Source: Eledone cirrhosa
Taxonomy: Eukaryota
DNA length: 64,000 nucleotides
Direction: 5' to 3'
NCBI GenBank assembly: GCA_964016885.1
Contig: OZ024743.1
Coordinates: forward strand, 55,490,001 to 55,554,000
Under the pieces are notes generated by a model. That model was not told where the DNA came from, did no database searches, and saw only the letters and a program-made list of their open reading frames with translations. Shown piece after piece: positions 40,463 through 55,434 of the stretch. The translations under genes and the position numbers were made by a program. Position 1 is the first letter of the stretch. Each line of letters opens with the position of its first letter.

Positions 40463-40818
40463 GCCAACACATTTATTTCCGACTTTAAAACAAAATGACA
40501 AAACAGAAATTCTTACGAATAATATGCCTCTTGAGAATGATATCTATTTTAGGCAGAAGGCAAGCAATTTGTAGAGAAGAAAAGTCGATGAAATTGAGCC
40601 CGGAATTTTATTGGTACTTTAAATTACTGAGCCTCAAAATGATAAAAGGCAATATTGATCTGGGCGGGATTTAAACCCGGGGAAGTCTTAAGATTTCCTA
40701 TATAGAAAGAGAAAAGAACCGATCAGAAGAAGGAGTCTGTTTGGAAGGTTTTTTCCATTGCTTACATTCAATGCAGCATGATATGACATGTACAGAGACA
40801 TACATCGTATATCATATC

Positions 40819-40910
<92 letters not shown>

Positions 40911-41219
40911 GTGTGTGTGTGTGTGTGTAGGAAAAGAGTCAGGGCCCTCACGGCTGAGCTCCAGCCGTTTCGACAACTAGATCCGAACTGAGTTCGGATA
41001 TAGCTGTCGAAACAGCCGGAGCTCAGCCGTCGGGGTCCTGACTCTTTTCCTATTACCCACTCAACTACCCTAAGTATCGAGTACTCTGGTGCTTTATGGT
41101 TCACCTGGTATCTTACCACACGCTCTTTGTTATATATATATATATATACATATATATATAAAGAGAGAGGGAGAGAGAGAGGCAAAGAGAGATAGAATGA
41201 GTGAGAGAGAGAATGGGAG

Positions 41220-41298
<79 letters not shown>

Positions 41299-41345
41299 TA
41301 TATAAAACAATCAAATGTCGTCAATGATTGTGTCCGGTAAAAATA

Positions 41346-42201
41346 CGTCAAAGCTCAGAAATCAGTGGCTAGTGGATGGTAAAGCGAAACGAAAATCTGC
41401 GAGGTCGGTGAAAGGCAGATGAAATAATGAAATGGTTGAGAAAGGAATATGATAAGGGGACGTGTGATGACAAGTAGAAGTGATAGGAAGAAATAAATAA
41501 AGGGAGACAATGAACGAGACAAGTTCACGCACACACACATGTCCACCTCTTCATCTTTCATACCGGCAGTTGTTTCGCACGATTTAACTGAGAGTACCGC
41601 ATAAATTGCTGGCTCGTGCAACAGATAAAATCAATATTTCTACTGGTATGATGTGCGCATGGTAAAACGAACAGAACAGATAGTCAGACAGAAAGATCAA
41701 TGAGTGAAGTAAAGTTTGTCCTAGCTGCACTACGTCGCCGCTAGAAAGGACAGAAAAAGCCCTGACTCAGCGGAAATGGCAGCTAGTGGAAGTGACCGTA
41801 GGATCATCAAGTAGGAGAAAGGAGAAGTAAAGAGCAGAGGCGAGAGAGAGAAGAAGAAGAAAATAAAAGAAAGGATAGAGGACTTGAAGCGATGGCGTCC
41901 GTCTAAAATAGAAAGCTGATATAGTTGTGATAAAGGTAAATAAATAAACTTTGTCATCTCAAAGATCGAGATGAAGCGTGGGTAGATTTGAATTCATAGA
42001 TCAATAGGAAACTCAACTCAAGAATAGCTGTTAAATCAGCCAAATGCCGTCAATGACAGCGTCGAGGAAAAATACCTCAACATAATTCCCCTTATCCTCC
42101 TCCTCTCTCAATTATTTCATTATTTTATCAGTCTGTCACTCACCTCGTAGATTTTCCTTTCTCTTTATTAACCACTAACCACTGATTTCTGTCGTTTGAG
42201 G
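41346..42201. mobile_element. Non-autonomous DNA transposon with about 115-bp imperfect TIRs and TA flanks
   Basis: TA|cgtcaaagctcagaaatcagtggctagtgg.. matches the reverse complement of ..ccactaaccactgatttctgtcgtttgagg|TA. Similarity extends to gataagggg. Confidence 0.72.
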
Positions 42202-43447
42202 TATTATATATATACATGTCGTCATGCATACGTACATATAGAGGTGTGTCAGAAAAGAAACATGCGTACATACATATTATAACTACTGCAGCGATCAAGG
42301 GCAATCGAGTTTTGGTAGTATGTGGTAGTATGGATACTTAGGTATCCATGCAATCGCAAGCAGTGGAGCAGAATGTAGCATATGGAAGGAGAAGTGAGCT
42401 GCACCAATACTGAGCTGGTATTTTCTTTATCGACCCCGAAGGCATCAATCCCAAAATAGACATTCCCAGAGAACTGAAACGAATATCAAACGCTCTAGCA
42501 ACTCTACAAAATCGACCTCCTTCACGCACACACACGCGCGCGCGTATACACACACACTTGAATACACACACACACACGCCAACATATACATACACACATA
42601 CATATGTATATATACACGCACACACACATACATACACATTCAAACTGCCCAACCCCTCAAAATATTCAAATTACCTCTTCACGTTCAAAATCCTTTGTGA
42701 AAGAACCACTCAAAGTATTTGCCTACTCCATTACAATTTTAAAGGATTCATTAAACTCAACCTCGGCTTTGACGATGTGAGTCCCAGTTGTTTGACCAAG
42801 AGAACAGCCTTTACACAAAATTAACCTGCATGTGCTGGAGATACCACACACGCGTGTACACATGACCTTCTTCTCAGCGTGATTCAGCGTGACAAGATTG
42901 GTCACTTGAATTAGTTAAAACTCATCTCTTTTTTCATCGGAGTGTACTGGAGCAATGTGAAATAAAATATATTGTTTAAGGACATGATTGCAAGCCGAAT
43001 ACCCTAACCACAAAGCCACGTCCTTCGCACAGCTTTACTGTATATAACAAGCAACAGCAAAATAGATCACTGACACCTCACTATAGCTAGTCTTTAATAA
43101 ATGAACACCATGTTTGGAAACAGATTTTTTTCCTTACACGTCTAGAGTGTGTGTGACCTCACATATATGTTTTACTTTGTGTATGTATTCGTGCGTGTAT
43201 ATGTTCTTTCCTTATATATTTCTGTTTGTGAGTTTTTCTTTGTGTGTGGTTGTTTTATGTGTTTATATGTTTGTATGTATGGTGTTGTGTGGGTATGTGA
43301 TGTCTGTTGTGTGTAGGATGATATATGTTTCTTTGTATGTATGTGTATGCCTGACTCTGGCTAAGAAGGTGTTATTCTAAGACAAGATAAGTTCTTTTTG
43401 TTCGGTAGATGTGTGAAATGGTTTTTCAGAAGTGTTTATATGCATAG

Positions 43448-43491
<44 letters not shown>

Positions 43492-43513
43492 TCACACTCA
43501 CACACATACACAC

Positions 43514-43558
<45 letters not shown>

Positions 43559-43615
43559 CTTTTACTTTTCTATGTGTTCCACACACATACACATACACAC
43601 ACTCTCACACACACT

Positions 43616-43650
<35 letters not shown>

Positions 43651-43920
43651 TCGGCCTGCCCGCCCAGCCGGTGGGATTGCGTCATCGTATGGCTAAAACA
43701 GCACGTGCTGTGACCAGCGTCGCCGAATGGCGCCCGACAGACTGGTCGGTCAACGTGATATATATATATTACCAACCTCCCTACTAGTGATGCCATGTTA
43801 AATACACCCGTCAAACCCTTGCTAACAGGGACAACGTGGGTTAAATAGTGATGATGATGAAGATTATATGAATATATACATATATATATGTTGTGTGTGT
43901 GCGTGCGTGTGTGTGTGTGA

Positions 43921-44018
<98 letters not shown>

Positions 44019-44205
44019 AGGCCAGTTACTACAGTGGCGCCATACCAGGCACGTACGTTTCGTTGGTTCTCAAGACCAGCTTGTTTATGCATACATACAT
44101 GCAATACATACATATATACATATATGCATACATACATAAATACATACATACATATATACATACATACATACATGCATTATATACATACACACATACATAC
44201 ATGCA

Positions 44206-44236
<31 letters not shown>

Positions 44237-44487
44237 CATACATACATACATACATACATACATACATACATACATACACGTAAAACTGCATTGCACAACA
44301 AGGCAAATATTATTCTTTCCTCGACTTGATTTTTTTTTCTCTATAGATTAAAACCTCACCACAGATAGATATAGAGATAACATGGCCGTTTTTGTTGTGT
44401 TGTCTTATCAATAAGAAAATGGTGGCTTACACACACACGTACACACACACACGTACACACACACACACGTACACACACATACAAACA

Positions 44488-44576
<89 letters not shown>

Positions 44577-44901
44577 TTCGCATTGACGCATTGATATTAA
44601 TACTCTTTACACATCTCTTCACTGTGGAATATCATGTCAAGACAAGAGTGATATCCCGTGTAACAGTAAGCATTATATGACATCACACGTCAGCAGAACG
44701 GTAATCTGAGCTAGGTTCAAAGTGATATTATATACAAACATATGGCTGAAATCTTTCAAACAGGCGATAGATGTTTGGATGTATTTTTTCATATGCCAAA
44801 CTCATCAGTTACCACTTCGAAGGCGAAGGCTGGAATTCTTTAAATTACAAGTACTTTTATGTATATATGAGTGTATGTGTTTGTATATCTGTCTCAGTCT
44901 A

Positions 44902-44982
<81 letters not shown>

Positions 44983-44987
44983 CCCTC

Positions 44988-45027
<40 letters not shown>

Positions 45028-45033
45028 CTCCGC

Positions 45034-45096
<63 letters not shown>

Positions 45097-45156
45097 TGTA
45101 TGTGTTTGTATATCTGTCTCATTCTATCATTCTCTCTCTCACCCCCCCCCCCCCTT

Positions 45157-45250
<94 letters not shown>

Positions 45251-46063
45251 TCACACACATATATATGTATGTGTGTAAAAAGAGAGAGAGATGATGAGAG
45301 ACAGAAACACAGACACACGTTTATCTCTGTCTCTCTCTTTCTATCTCTCTCTCTATATATATGTATATCTCCCCCCCAGTCTCTCTCTGTATATATATAT
45401 GTGTATTTGTGTCTATGTGTCTGTGTGTGCGTATGTGTGTGTCTGTGTGCGTGTGTGTGCATGTGTGTGTGTATGTGCATGTGTATGTATGTGTATGTGT
45501 GTGTGCCTATGTGCGTGCATGTGTGTGTGTGTATGTGCATACGTATGTATGTGTATGTGTGTGCGTCTATGTGCGTGCATGTGTGTGTGTGTATGTGCAT
45601 ATGTATGTATGTGTATGTGTGTGTGTGTATGTGTGTGCGTGTGTGTGTGTGCATGTGTAAGTATGTGTATGTGTGTGTGCCTATGTGTGCGCGCGTGTGT
45701 GTGCTTGTGTATGTATGTGTGTGTGTCTATGTGTGGTCGTGTGTGTGTGCATGTGTAAGTATGTGTATGTGTGTGTGTGTCTATGTGTGTGTGTGTGTGT
45801 GTACACTTCTCTTCAGACGAGGTGTTGCTGTTTTTCTAGTTGTTCGTTCTCTTTATACATACGTATATGTGCTTGAATTATTTTTGCTATAGCTTTATGT
45901 TTTTACCATTCACTGCTCAAGGTGTGTACATATGTGTATTACAGTGTGTGTGAACGTGTGTGAACGTTTATGTGTGTGTGTTTGTGTGTGTGTGTGTGGG
46001 GGGGCTGCTCTGAGTATATGCGTATGTGTGTAATGTCTACTGTATTTTATGAATGTGTACCTA

Positions 46064-46123
<60 letters not shown>

Positions 46124-46230
46124 GGCTATTGTAATTCCTTTATCTATATTTATATAATTTTTTTTTTTTTTTTTTTTTTTTTTTGCTTTTCTTGATGAGA
46201 CTTTCCAAGTATTTACCCATGTTTTATATT

Positions 46231-46302
46231 GCTTCGTCTGACGAACGAATGAAGACGTTTCTTTCGTATTCGCCTCATTCGGGAAACCTCTAGTAATGAG
46301 GT
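46231..46302 (+). ncRNA. Type-I hammerhead (CUGACGA core) in an ORF-less pLTR-like remnant
   Basis: gcttcgt CTGACGA acgaatga...tcattcgg GAAA cctctaG TA atgaggt. Stems I and II pair, stem III is imperfect. Confidence 0.68.
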
Positions 46303-46589
46303 AATTATATTGTATTGATTTTTATACATTAAATTTTGCTCTGGTACTTACATAGAGCACTCTTCACTTCTATGACCTTTTCTGTTTTCAACGGAAATTT
46401 CAATACTTATATATATATATTCGTTTTTTCGTTCATTGCCAGAGAACGTCTCTATGCACCACCTAAGAGAACATTAGTCTACGACCTCTTTTATACCATA
46501 AACGTGGTTTTGTCTTTGCGCGTAATTGTTTTTCACCGCTCCTATTAATGACGTATTATTCGTTTTTTCCCGTTCTTTGCCAGCGAACG

Positions 46590-46744
46590 TTACCACGAAC
46601 CAAAGTATCGTCTTTCTGTCTTCCTCCGGTTGCAACGTTTGAAATATCCAGTTCTGCGTTTACAGATTGACTTTATTAGTTTCAGAAGATCCCGTTAAGG
46701 GTGAAAGCAGCGATTCTTTGCATAAACTTTAATCTGTTATTTTA

Positions 46745-46748
<4 letters not shown>
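46590..46748 (-). repeat. Interspersed repeat end next to (TA)n, also at 55214-55370 and 17075-17142; possibly a Helitron 5' end
   Basis: Shared agtttcagaagatcccgttaa..gcagcgattctttgc..aaactttaat in three places. Confidence 0.65.
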
Positions 46749-47348
<600 letters not shown>

Positions 47349-48720
47349 CATATAAGATCAAAAGATGGTTAAAAGAGTTCCATGTATTTTATTATGCGCA
47401 TTTCAAAAACAAATATCATCATGCAATAATATTTGTGTTTTCAAAGACGAATGATGATTATAAAGACGAGCTTTAAATAAATGCTTCCCTCCCTCACATA
47501 TCTATAGTAAAATATTTAACAAACACACTATAAAATTTTCCTATTCGACATCCTCCAACATTTCCAACATTATCTCTAAACACAACAATAAAATACTAAA
47601 TACTAAATCTCTTCCTTCCAACACTGAATATCATAATAATAGTAATAATACTCCCGACGTCATTGTAAACTCTAGGCTAATTTCTGCAAACCCAAATACA
47701 ACGTCAAATAAAACTTCGCTAAATGTTCTTAATCCCATTCTAAATCAAGAAACTATTATTCCTATCGCAAATAACTTCTCCAATCCAATTCCTTCTATAG
47801 ATAACATTAGGTCACTCGTTAATAATCTCTCTAATCGCAATTGTAATTGCCCTGTTAAAAATAAATGTCCTCTCAACAACTATTGTCTTGATAAAAACTT
47901 AATCTACGAATGTAAAGTTATAACTTACACCAATTCCTTCACCTATTTTGGCTCCACTTCCACCTCCTTTAAAGCTCGTCTTTATAATCATCATTCGTCT
48001 TTTAAATACCAACTTAAAAGAACCAACACGGCTCTCTCAGAACTCATATGGTCCTTGAAAGACAAAACTATTAAATATGACATCTCTTGGAAAAAGGTTT
48101 CTTCTGCTTCTCCATACTTGAGCAGTTCTCTATCCAAGACTTGCAATCTCTGTCTAAATGAAAAATTTACCATTATATCTAATTTAGATTCTATAATAAA
48201 TAGACGCACTGACTTGTTTTCTCTCTGCTTGCATAAATTCCACAGAACATTCCACAAAGTATACAGCTAATATCCAATACTTTATCAATTTAGAATCCTT
48301 TTCTCAAAGGCACACACATATATATATATATATATATACTTCTTTAAAAATATACCCATCTTTCTACCTTATTTCAAAGTTATTTATTATACATTATATA
48401 ATACTTGTTACTCATTCTATATCACTCCTATTTATCACTTCCCTTTCTTTCTTTTCCTTTTCTTTTCTTTTTCTTTTAATTTCTAACCCCTAATCTGTAC
48501 CTTTTCTCACTGTGCCTAACATAGAAACAATTATTACACAATACAATATATTCTTACCTTATATCACCTTGAAAAAATCCTTCGTAAACATAAACACATT
48601 TTTTTGACGTTAGATTATTCATCCTCAATTCATTATTTTTTTCTCCCTTGCATCTAACTTATTCATGCTCATCTCACAATATATCCTTACTTACATTACT
48701 TTTTTTTTTTTTTAATAATA

Positions 48721-48884
48721 CATATCAACATTTTCTTACCATCGCACATATTATTAAACCCTTAAATATTATTCTTAATACATATTAACATTTTCTTTCC
48801 ATCGCACATATTAATAAATCCTTAAATATTATTCTTAATACATATTAACATTTTCTTTTCATCGCACATATTATTAAACCCTTC
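48721..48884 (+). repeat. About 2.7 copies of a 60-bp tandem repeat in the family A pLTR
   Basis: Three successive 60-nt lines align. Confidence 0.9.
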
Positions 48885-49244
48885 AATATACAAACCTTAA
48901 CTTTACATTATTTTTCTCTTCGTTAATTTTCAAATTCTTTTAATTTATACATTATCTTCCAACGGTTTTTCAACCTCTCTATGTAAAACATTATATTTTT
49001 CTCAGTTATAAAAGCTATCTCTCTCTCTCTATCACCCATCTCTCCTCCTATCTCATCCTTCCTCATTATACTCCTCCCCCTCCACTTTTTATTCTCATCT
49101 CCTCCTCTTTTTCATCCTTTCCACCCCCCCCCCCCTAAAAAAATGTTTTCCTAATATCACACATCAATCTAAAACTACTTTTCATATGTTGATTCAAAAC
49201 TGCACTATTCACAAGTGTTTTTTAACCTTCATATCATGTCTTCC

Positions 49245-49313
49245 TATTTTATCTGATGAAAACAAATATTATTGCATGATGATATTTGTTTTTGAAATGC
49301 GCATAATAAAATA
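49245..49313 (+). ncRNA. Family A hammerhead in the diverged copy
   Basis: tattttat CTGATGA aaacaaatattattgcatgatgatatttgttttt GAAA tgcgca TA ataaaata. Substitutions relative to the first copy keep stems I and II paired. Confidence 0.87.
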
Positions 49314-49439
49314 CATGGAACTCTTTTAACCATCTTTTGATCTTATATATTATGTATACTCCAGTCCTACAAACTGTAGAGTGCTTCTTATCCGATATCT
49401 GCATTGCTTTATTGTACTACAATAAAACTCACCTCCTAC

Positions 49440-49588
<149 letters not shown>

Positions 49589-49595
49589 GTATATA

Positions 49596-49643
<48 letters not shown>

Positions 49644-49761
49644 TATATATATATATATATGCATATCTCTCTCTTTCTCTCTCTCTCTCTCTCTTTCTCT
49701 CGCTCTATATATACAGAGAGAGATATTATGTGTATGTATATGTCTCTGTGTGTGCGTGTAC

Positions 49762-49870
<109 letters not shown>

Positions 49871-50059
49871 GCCTGCTGTTTCTTTGAACAGCCTACATGA
49901 TAATTGTATCAATAGGAACTATAGAGAAGTAATTATGGGGCCACCCTATAGAAGTGATTGGCGGCTTGAAACCTGTGTTGCTACCTCCACATATTCCCTC
50001 TCCCCCTCTCATGTCACATAGCTCTCATACATTTTACACTCTTTTCTTCGGGCTTTTTG

Positions 50060-51660
50060 TACGCGCACACACATGCACTCACATATGCACTGGCACACAC
50101 ATGCACAGACACACACATGCACTCACACATGCACTGGCACACACATGCACAGACACACACATACACTCACACATTCACTGGCACACACATGCACTCACAC
50201 ATGCACTGGCACACACATGCACTCACACATGCACTGGCACACACATGCGCTGGCACATGCACTGGCACACACATACACTCACACATACTCACACACATAC
50301 ACTCACACATGCACTCACACATATACACTCACACATGCACTCACACATACTCACACACACATGCACTCACACATGCACTGGCACACACATACACTCACAC
50401 ATACTCACACACACATGCACTCACACATGCACTGGCACACACATGCACTCACACATACTCACACACACATGCACTGATACATGCACTGGCACACACATAC
50501 ACTCACACATGCAGTGGCACACACACATACACTCACACATGCACTGGCACACACATGCACTCACACATGCACTGGCACACATACACTTACCCATGCACTG
50601 GTACACACATGCACTCACACATGCACTGGCACATGCACTGGCACACACATACACTCACACATGCACTCACACATGCACTGGCACACACATACACTGGGAC
50701 ACACATACACTCACACATGCACTGGCACACACATGCACTGGCACACACATACACTCACACATGCACTGGCACACACATACACTCAGACATGCACTCGCAC
50801 ACACATGCACTGGCACACACATACACTCACACATGCACTCACATACACATACACTTACACATGCACTCACATACACATACACTCACACATGCACTGGCAC
50901 ACACATACATTCACACATGCACTGGCACACACATGCAGTGGCACACACATACACTCACACATGCACTGGCACACACATGCGCTCACACATGCACTGGCAC
51001 ACACATACACTCACACATGCACTGACACACACATGCACTGGCACATGCACTGGCACATGCACTGGCACATGCACTGGCACATACATACACTCACACATGC
51101 ACTGGCACACACATACACTCAGACATGCACTGGCACACACATGCACTGGCACACACATACACTCACACATGCACTGGCACACACACATACACTCAGACAT
51201 GCACTGGCACACACATGCACTCACACATGCACTGGCACACATATACATTCACACATGCACTTGCACACACATGCACTGGCACTCACATACACTCACACAT
51301 GCACTGGCACACACATGCGCTCACACATGCACTGGCACACACATACGCTCACACACGCACTGGCACACACATACACTCACACATGCACTGGCACACATAT
51401 GCACTCACACACGCACTGGCACACACATACACTCACACATGCACTGGCACATACATACGCTCACACACGCACTGGTACACACATGCACTCACACATGCAC
51501 TGGCACACACATGCACTGGCACACACATACGCTCACACACGCACTGGCACACACATACACTCACACATGCACTGGCACACACATACACTTACACATGCAC
51601 TCACATACACATACACTTACACATGCACTCACATACACATACACTCACACATGCACTCAA
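50060..51660. repeat. Complex CA-derived minisatellite with 10-14 nt variant units (cacacatgcactgg, cacacatacact, cacacatgcact)
   Basis: Directly visible. It lacks stop codons, which explains the long His/Thr ORFs. Confidence 0.95.
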
Positions 51661-52154
51661 ACACACACACATACAACCACATATGCACTCACATACAGAC
51701 ACACTCACACATGCACACACATACACAGACACTCACACATGCACGCTCTCACAAACACACACACATATACTCACACACATACAACACACACACACAAGCA
51801 CAAACACACTCATACACACTCATATGCACTCACACACATATATACAAACACATGCACTCACACACACACATATATACTAACACATGCACTTACACACATG
51901 CATTCACACACACACATACAGTCACACACTCATACACACATTTGCACATAAATAAACACACACGGACACATTCATATACACACACACTAACGCTCACACA
52001 GAAGCGTACGTATTATAATACAGCCATATAAACATACAAACACACAAAACACATAAACTCTCGCATACACCTAAGTACACATACACGCACATGCAGACAC
52101 ATGCAAACACATACTCTCTATATAAACACACGCATACACACGTGGGAGTGATTA

Positions 52155-52670
52155 TGGTGGAATGAGTAGTATTGTTATAGGGGTGGCGGCGGTGACGGTT
52201 GTGGTAGAGGTTGTGGTGGTGGGAGCAATGGCTGTAGTAGAGGTTATGGGTGGTGGTGGCGGCGGCGACGGCAGTGGAAAAAGGTATGGTTGGTGGTGGT
52301 GGTGGTGGCGTCGGTGGCAGTGGTTGATGTAGTGGGTGGTGGTGGTGGCAGTCGTAGATGTAGTGGGTGGTGGTGGTGGTGGTGGTTGTGGTGGCAATCG
52401 TAGATGTAGTGGGTGGTGGTGGTGGTGGTGGCGGTGACGGCAGTGGTAGATGTAGTGGGTGGTGATGGCAGCGGTATTGTATATTTTACTCATGTTGTTG
52501 GTTGTTGTCGTTGCTTTTGCTGTTGTTGTTGTTGTTGTTGTTGTTGTGGTGGTGGTGGTGGTGGTGGTGGTGGCGGTGGCGGTGGCGGTGGCGGTGGCGT
52601 TGGCGGTGGCGGTGGCGGCTGTGGTATTGTAGATTTTGGTCACGCTTTTAGTAGTGGTGAGGACTGATTG
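52155..52670. repeat. (GGT/GTT/GGC)n low-complexity tract
   Basis: Directly visible. Confidence 0.9.
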
Positions 52671-52714
52671 TTGTGTTCTTAAAAGTGAGTGCTGGTTGAG
52701 AAGGTGGCGGTTGT

Positions 52715-52910
52715 AATAATGATTTCTACTATAGGCACAAGGCCAGCAATTGGGGGGGGGTCAATCAAATCGACTCCAGTGTGTGACTGGTACTTTATTT
52801 TATCGACCCCGTAAGGATGAAAGGCAAAGTTGACTTCGGCGGGATTTGAACTCAGATCATAAAGAGCCAGAACTCTATGTTGACAAAGCATGGCGTCTGA
52901 TCTCTACCGT
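52715..52910 (-). mobile_element. SINE family 1
   Basis: actggtactttattttatcgaccccgtaaggatgaaaggcaaag. Confidence 0.82.
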
Positions 52911-53185
52911 TGTAAATAATGAGCGCAATAGTAGTGGCACCGATAATGGTTGTGATAGTGTTGTTTTAGTCATAATATTCCCCCTTCATATTGACTCAAG
53001 TATTTTGAGTAGAATTAGATAGACAGAAAATGTCGGCCGGGACACAGAGACAGGGATAGACGGTCAGCCAAACTGTCAACAACTGGCCCACTTGATCGCA
53101 TTCGAAGCAACATTTCCCCTGCCTTTGTCTCCTTATAGCCTCTTAGATTATGCTTACCATTATTCCTTTACTATATAACTATTAT

Positions 53186-53254
53186 GCAATATACACCTGA
53201 TGATGTCACCCGGATACTACGTAACCTGACCACTGAAATGTACATAGTTTTTGC
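53186..53254 (+). ncRNA. Degenerate type-I hammerhead
   Basis: gcaatatacac CTGATGA tgtca...tgaccact GAAA tgtacA TA gtttttgc. Palindromic stem III, weak stems I and II. Confidence 0.5.
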
Positions 53255-53480
53255 AGAAATAAAACTTTGAAAGAATTTCACCAGTCCGGCCTCCTGTCAT
53301 TTTACTCAATAATAATTAATTTCGCTCCTGCACCACCCACAGGATTCAACATCAAAGATGGATGAGTTGCGTAACGCCGAGTGCTTTTGCTATTGCATCA
53401 TGATTAACTATACGGAATCACCATTTCTATCCAGTGGTGAACCACCAAACTTAAATATATATATAGAGAGAGGGATATAC

Positions 53481-53540
<60 letters not shown>

Positions 53541-53549
53541 GTAGATAGC

Positions 53550-53609
<60 letters not shown>

Positions 53610-54164
53610 AAAATAGATAGATAGATATAGATATATATAGATAAGGTTCGATAATTTAGTGTTAAAGAATAAAAAGTAAAGATTATATAAAAATATATTA
53701 TTTTTAGAGTCTACGAGAATGTATGACACCAATCTATAGCATATTTAACTTATAGGTAAGTCTAGCACTAGTTGTATGGAATAGCCTGCTACTTTTGCTT
53801 TAATGAAATGTTCAGTTGCTCGAATTACTACAACATTCATCGTAGTGACTGACGGAAATCAATTTCCTTACTACAGAATCTGAATCGAATGAATCTTTGT
53901 ATGTCAAATTATGTCCCTAAATTCTTGACCCCCGACCTTGTTATTCAATTATTTCCTTTTAAATTTCTTTCTTTTGTTCTGAGGTTTTTCTCAACTGAAC
54001 GATCTGTCGAAATTCGTTCAGAAATACAGGTTAATCTGAAAATTTGAGAAAATTGGAAAATTATATAAAAGAACTCTTTTACTTACATTAAGAAAAACAT
54101 GAACGTTTCCTCTAAACAGACAAGATTGCCAGCTTATAGATGATATATTTCAAATATATATTTG

Positions 54165-54440
54165 ACTTGACTTCGGGGTTCAAACATAAATTTATGGCTC
54201 AAATATAAACAGTGGTGTCTCAGGATTCAAATATAAATATGTGGTTCAAAAATAAACACATGTAACTTAGGGTTCAAACAAAAGTGAATAGTTTAAATAT
54301 GTCTCAGGTTTCAAACATAAATTTGTAGTTCAAATATATACACATGTACAAACCTAAAGTGGTCACTCAAATATAAACACATATGACTTGACTCAAAGTT
54401 CAAACATAAATTCAAGGTTCAAGTATAAACAAGGTTGACA
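54165..54440 (+). repeat. Degenerate tandem repeat built on (g)gttcaaa(c/t)ataaa
   Basis: The motif recurs about ten times at irregular 20-40 nt spacing. Confidence 0.7.
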
Positions 54441-54489
54441 CAGTGTTCACACATTTCTTCACGCATTTGTTGTTTTTCTTCTTTTTCGC

Positions 54490-54935
54490 CCACCGTGGGT
54501 GCGGAGTTCTCAAATACTCCTTCCAGCGAGTCCTGTTAGAAGCAACCGTATCAAACTGATTCGGTTGGATCCCCAAGCATGACCAGGCAAGCTCATGGAT
54601 GTTATCCAACCATCTTGCTCAGGGTCTACCTTTGGATCTCCTGCAGGTTGGTTTTGTCCGTAAAATCTGTCCGGCGATTCTTTCCTGAGACATTCTAACC
54701 TCATTCCCATAGTATCGGTGCTGTAATCTCTCAATTGGTAGCTCTACTTTGATATCCGAGCTACGAATTCTATCGAGTAGGTTACTCCAAAGTCTCTTCA
54801 GAGGAATCCCATTTCGGCCGCTTGTATTCGCGATCGTATTCTTTCAGTCATTACAACAGATTCATGACCATAGGTAAGCGTTGGCACGAATATCGAATTG
54901 AAGAATGCGAGTTTGGCTTTTACGCCTACCTCATT
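54490..54935 (-). mobile_element. RTE-clade LINE 3' remnant
   Basis: Manual translation gives KAKLAFFNSIFVPTLTYGHES..RIQAAEMGFL and GRPRARWLDNI..ASNRTRWK. Confidence 0.75.
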
Positions 54936-54984
54936 TCTTCTTGTTGTATATATACGTACGTATGCATGCATGTCGTCATGTATA

Positions 54985-55362
54985 TATATATACTATAAAG
55001 CTGACGGCCGTATATAAGTAACAAACTTTCCGCCAAGCGGCTGGACAAAACGGCACCAAATTTGCAGCATAGATGTAACTTTTTCCAAGTAAGAAAGTGA
55101 GGGTATTTTTGTCTACTGAATTTTGTTAAAAGATTAAAGACATTATTTAAATATTCACTTCTTTAAAATTTCAAATGCCAACACATCCGGTTATACGACA
55201 TTCCTAACGTCTTCACGAACCAAAGTATCATCTTCCTGTTTTCTTTCGGTTGCAATGTTTTTCGAAATATTTACTTCTGCGTTCAGAGATTGATTTTTTT
55301 AGTTTCAGAAGATCCCGTTAACGGTGAAAGCAGCGATTCTTTGCTTAAACTTTAATCTGCTA

Positions 55363-55434
<72 letters not shown>

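Noticed and set aside
44040-44085. Minus-strand TTGAGAA-ccaac-GAAA-cgtacg-TG
   Set aside because: Stem III is palindromic, but stems I and II do not pair and the triplet is GUG.
48721-48884. Regular repeats as a possible CRISPR array (also 24345-24452 and 54165-54440)
   Set aside because: Head-to-tail tandem repeats without unique spacers, in a eukaryotic context with no cas genes.
49954-52031. 665-aa and 516-aa His/Thr-rich ORFs
   Set aside because: They are translations of a stop-free CA-derived minisatellite and are open in all plus frames.
52152-52667. Pro/Thr/His- or Gly/Cys-rich ORFs
   Set aside because: Trinucleotide low-complexity tract without splice or domain support.
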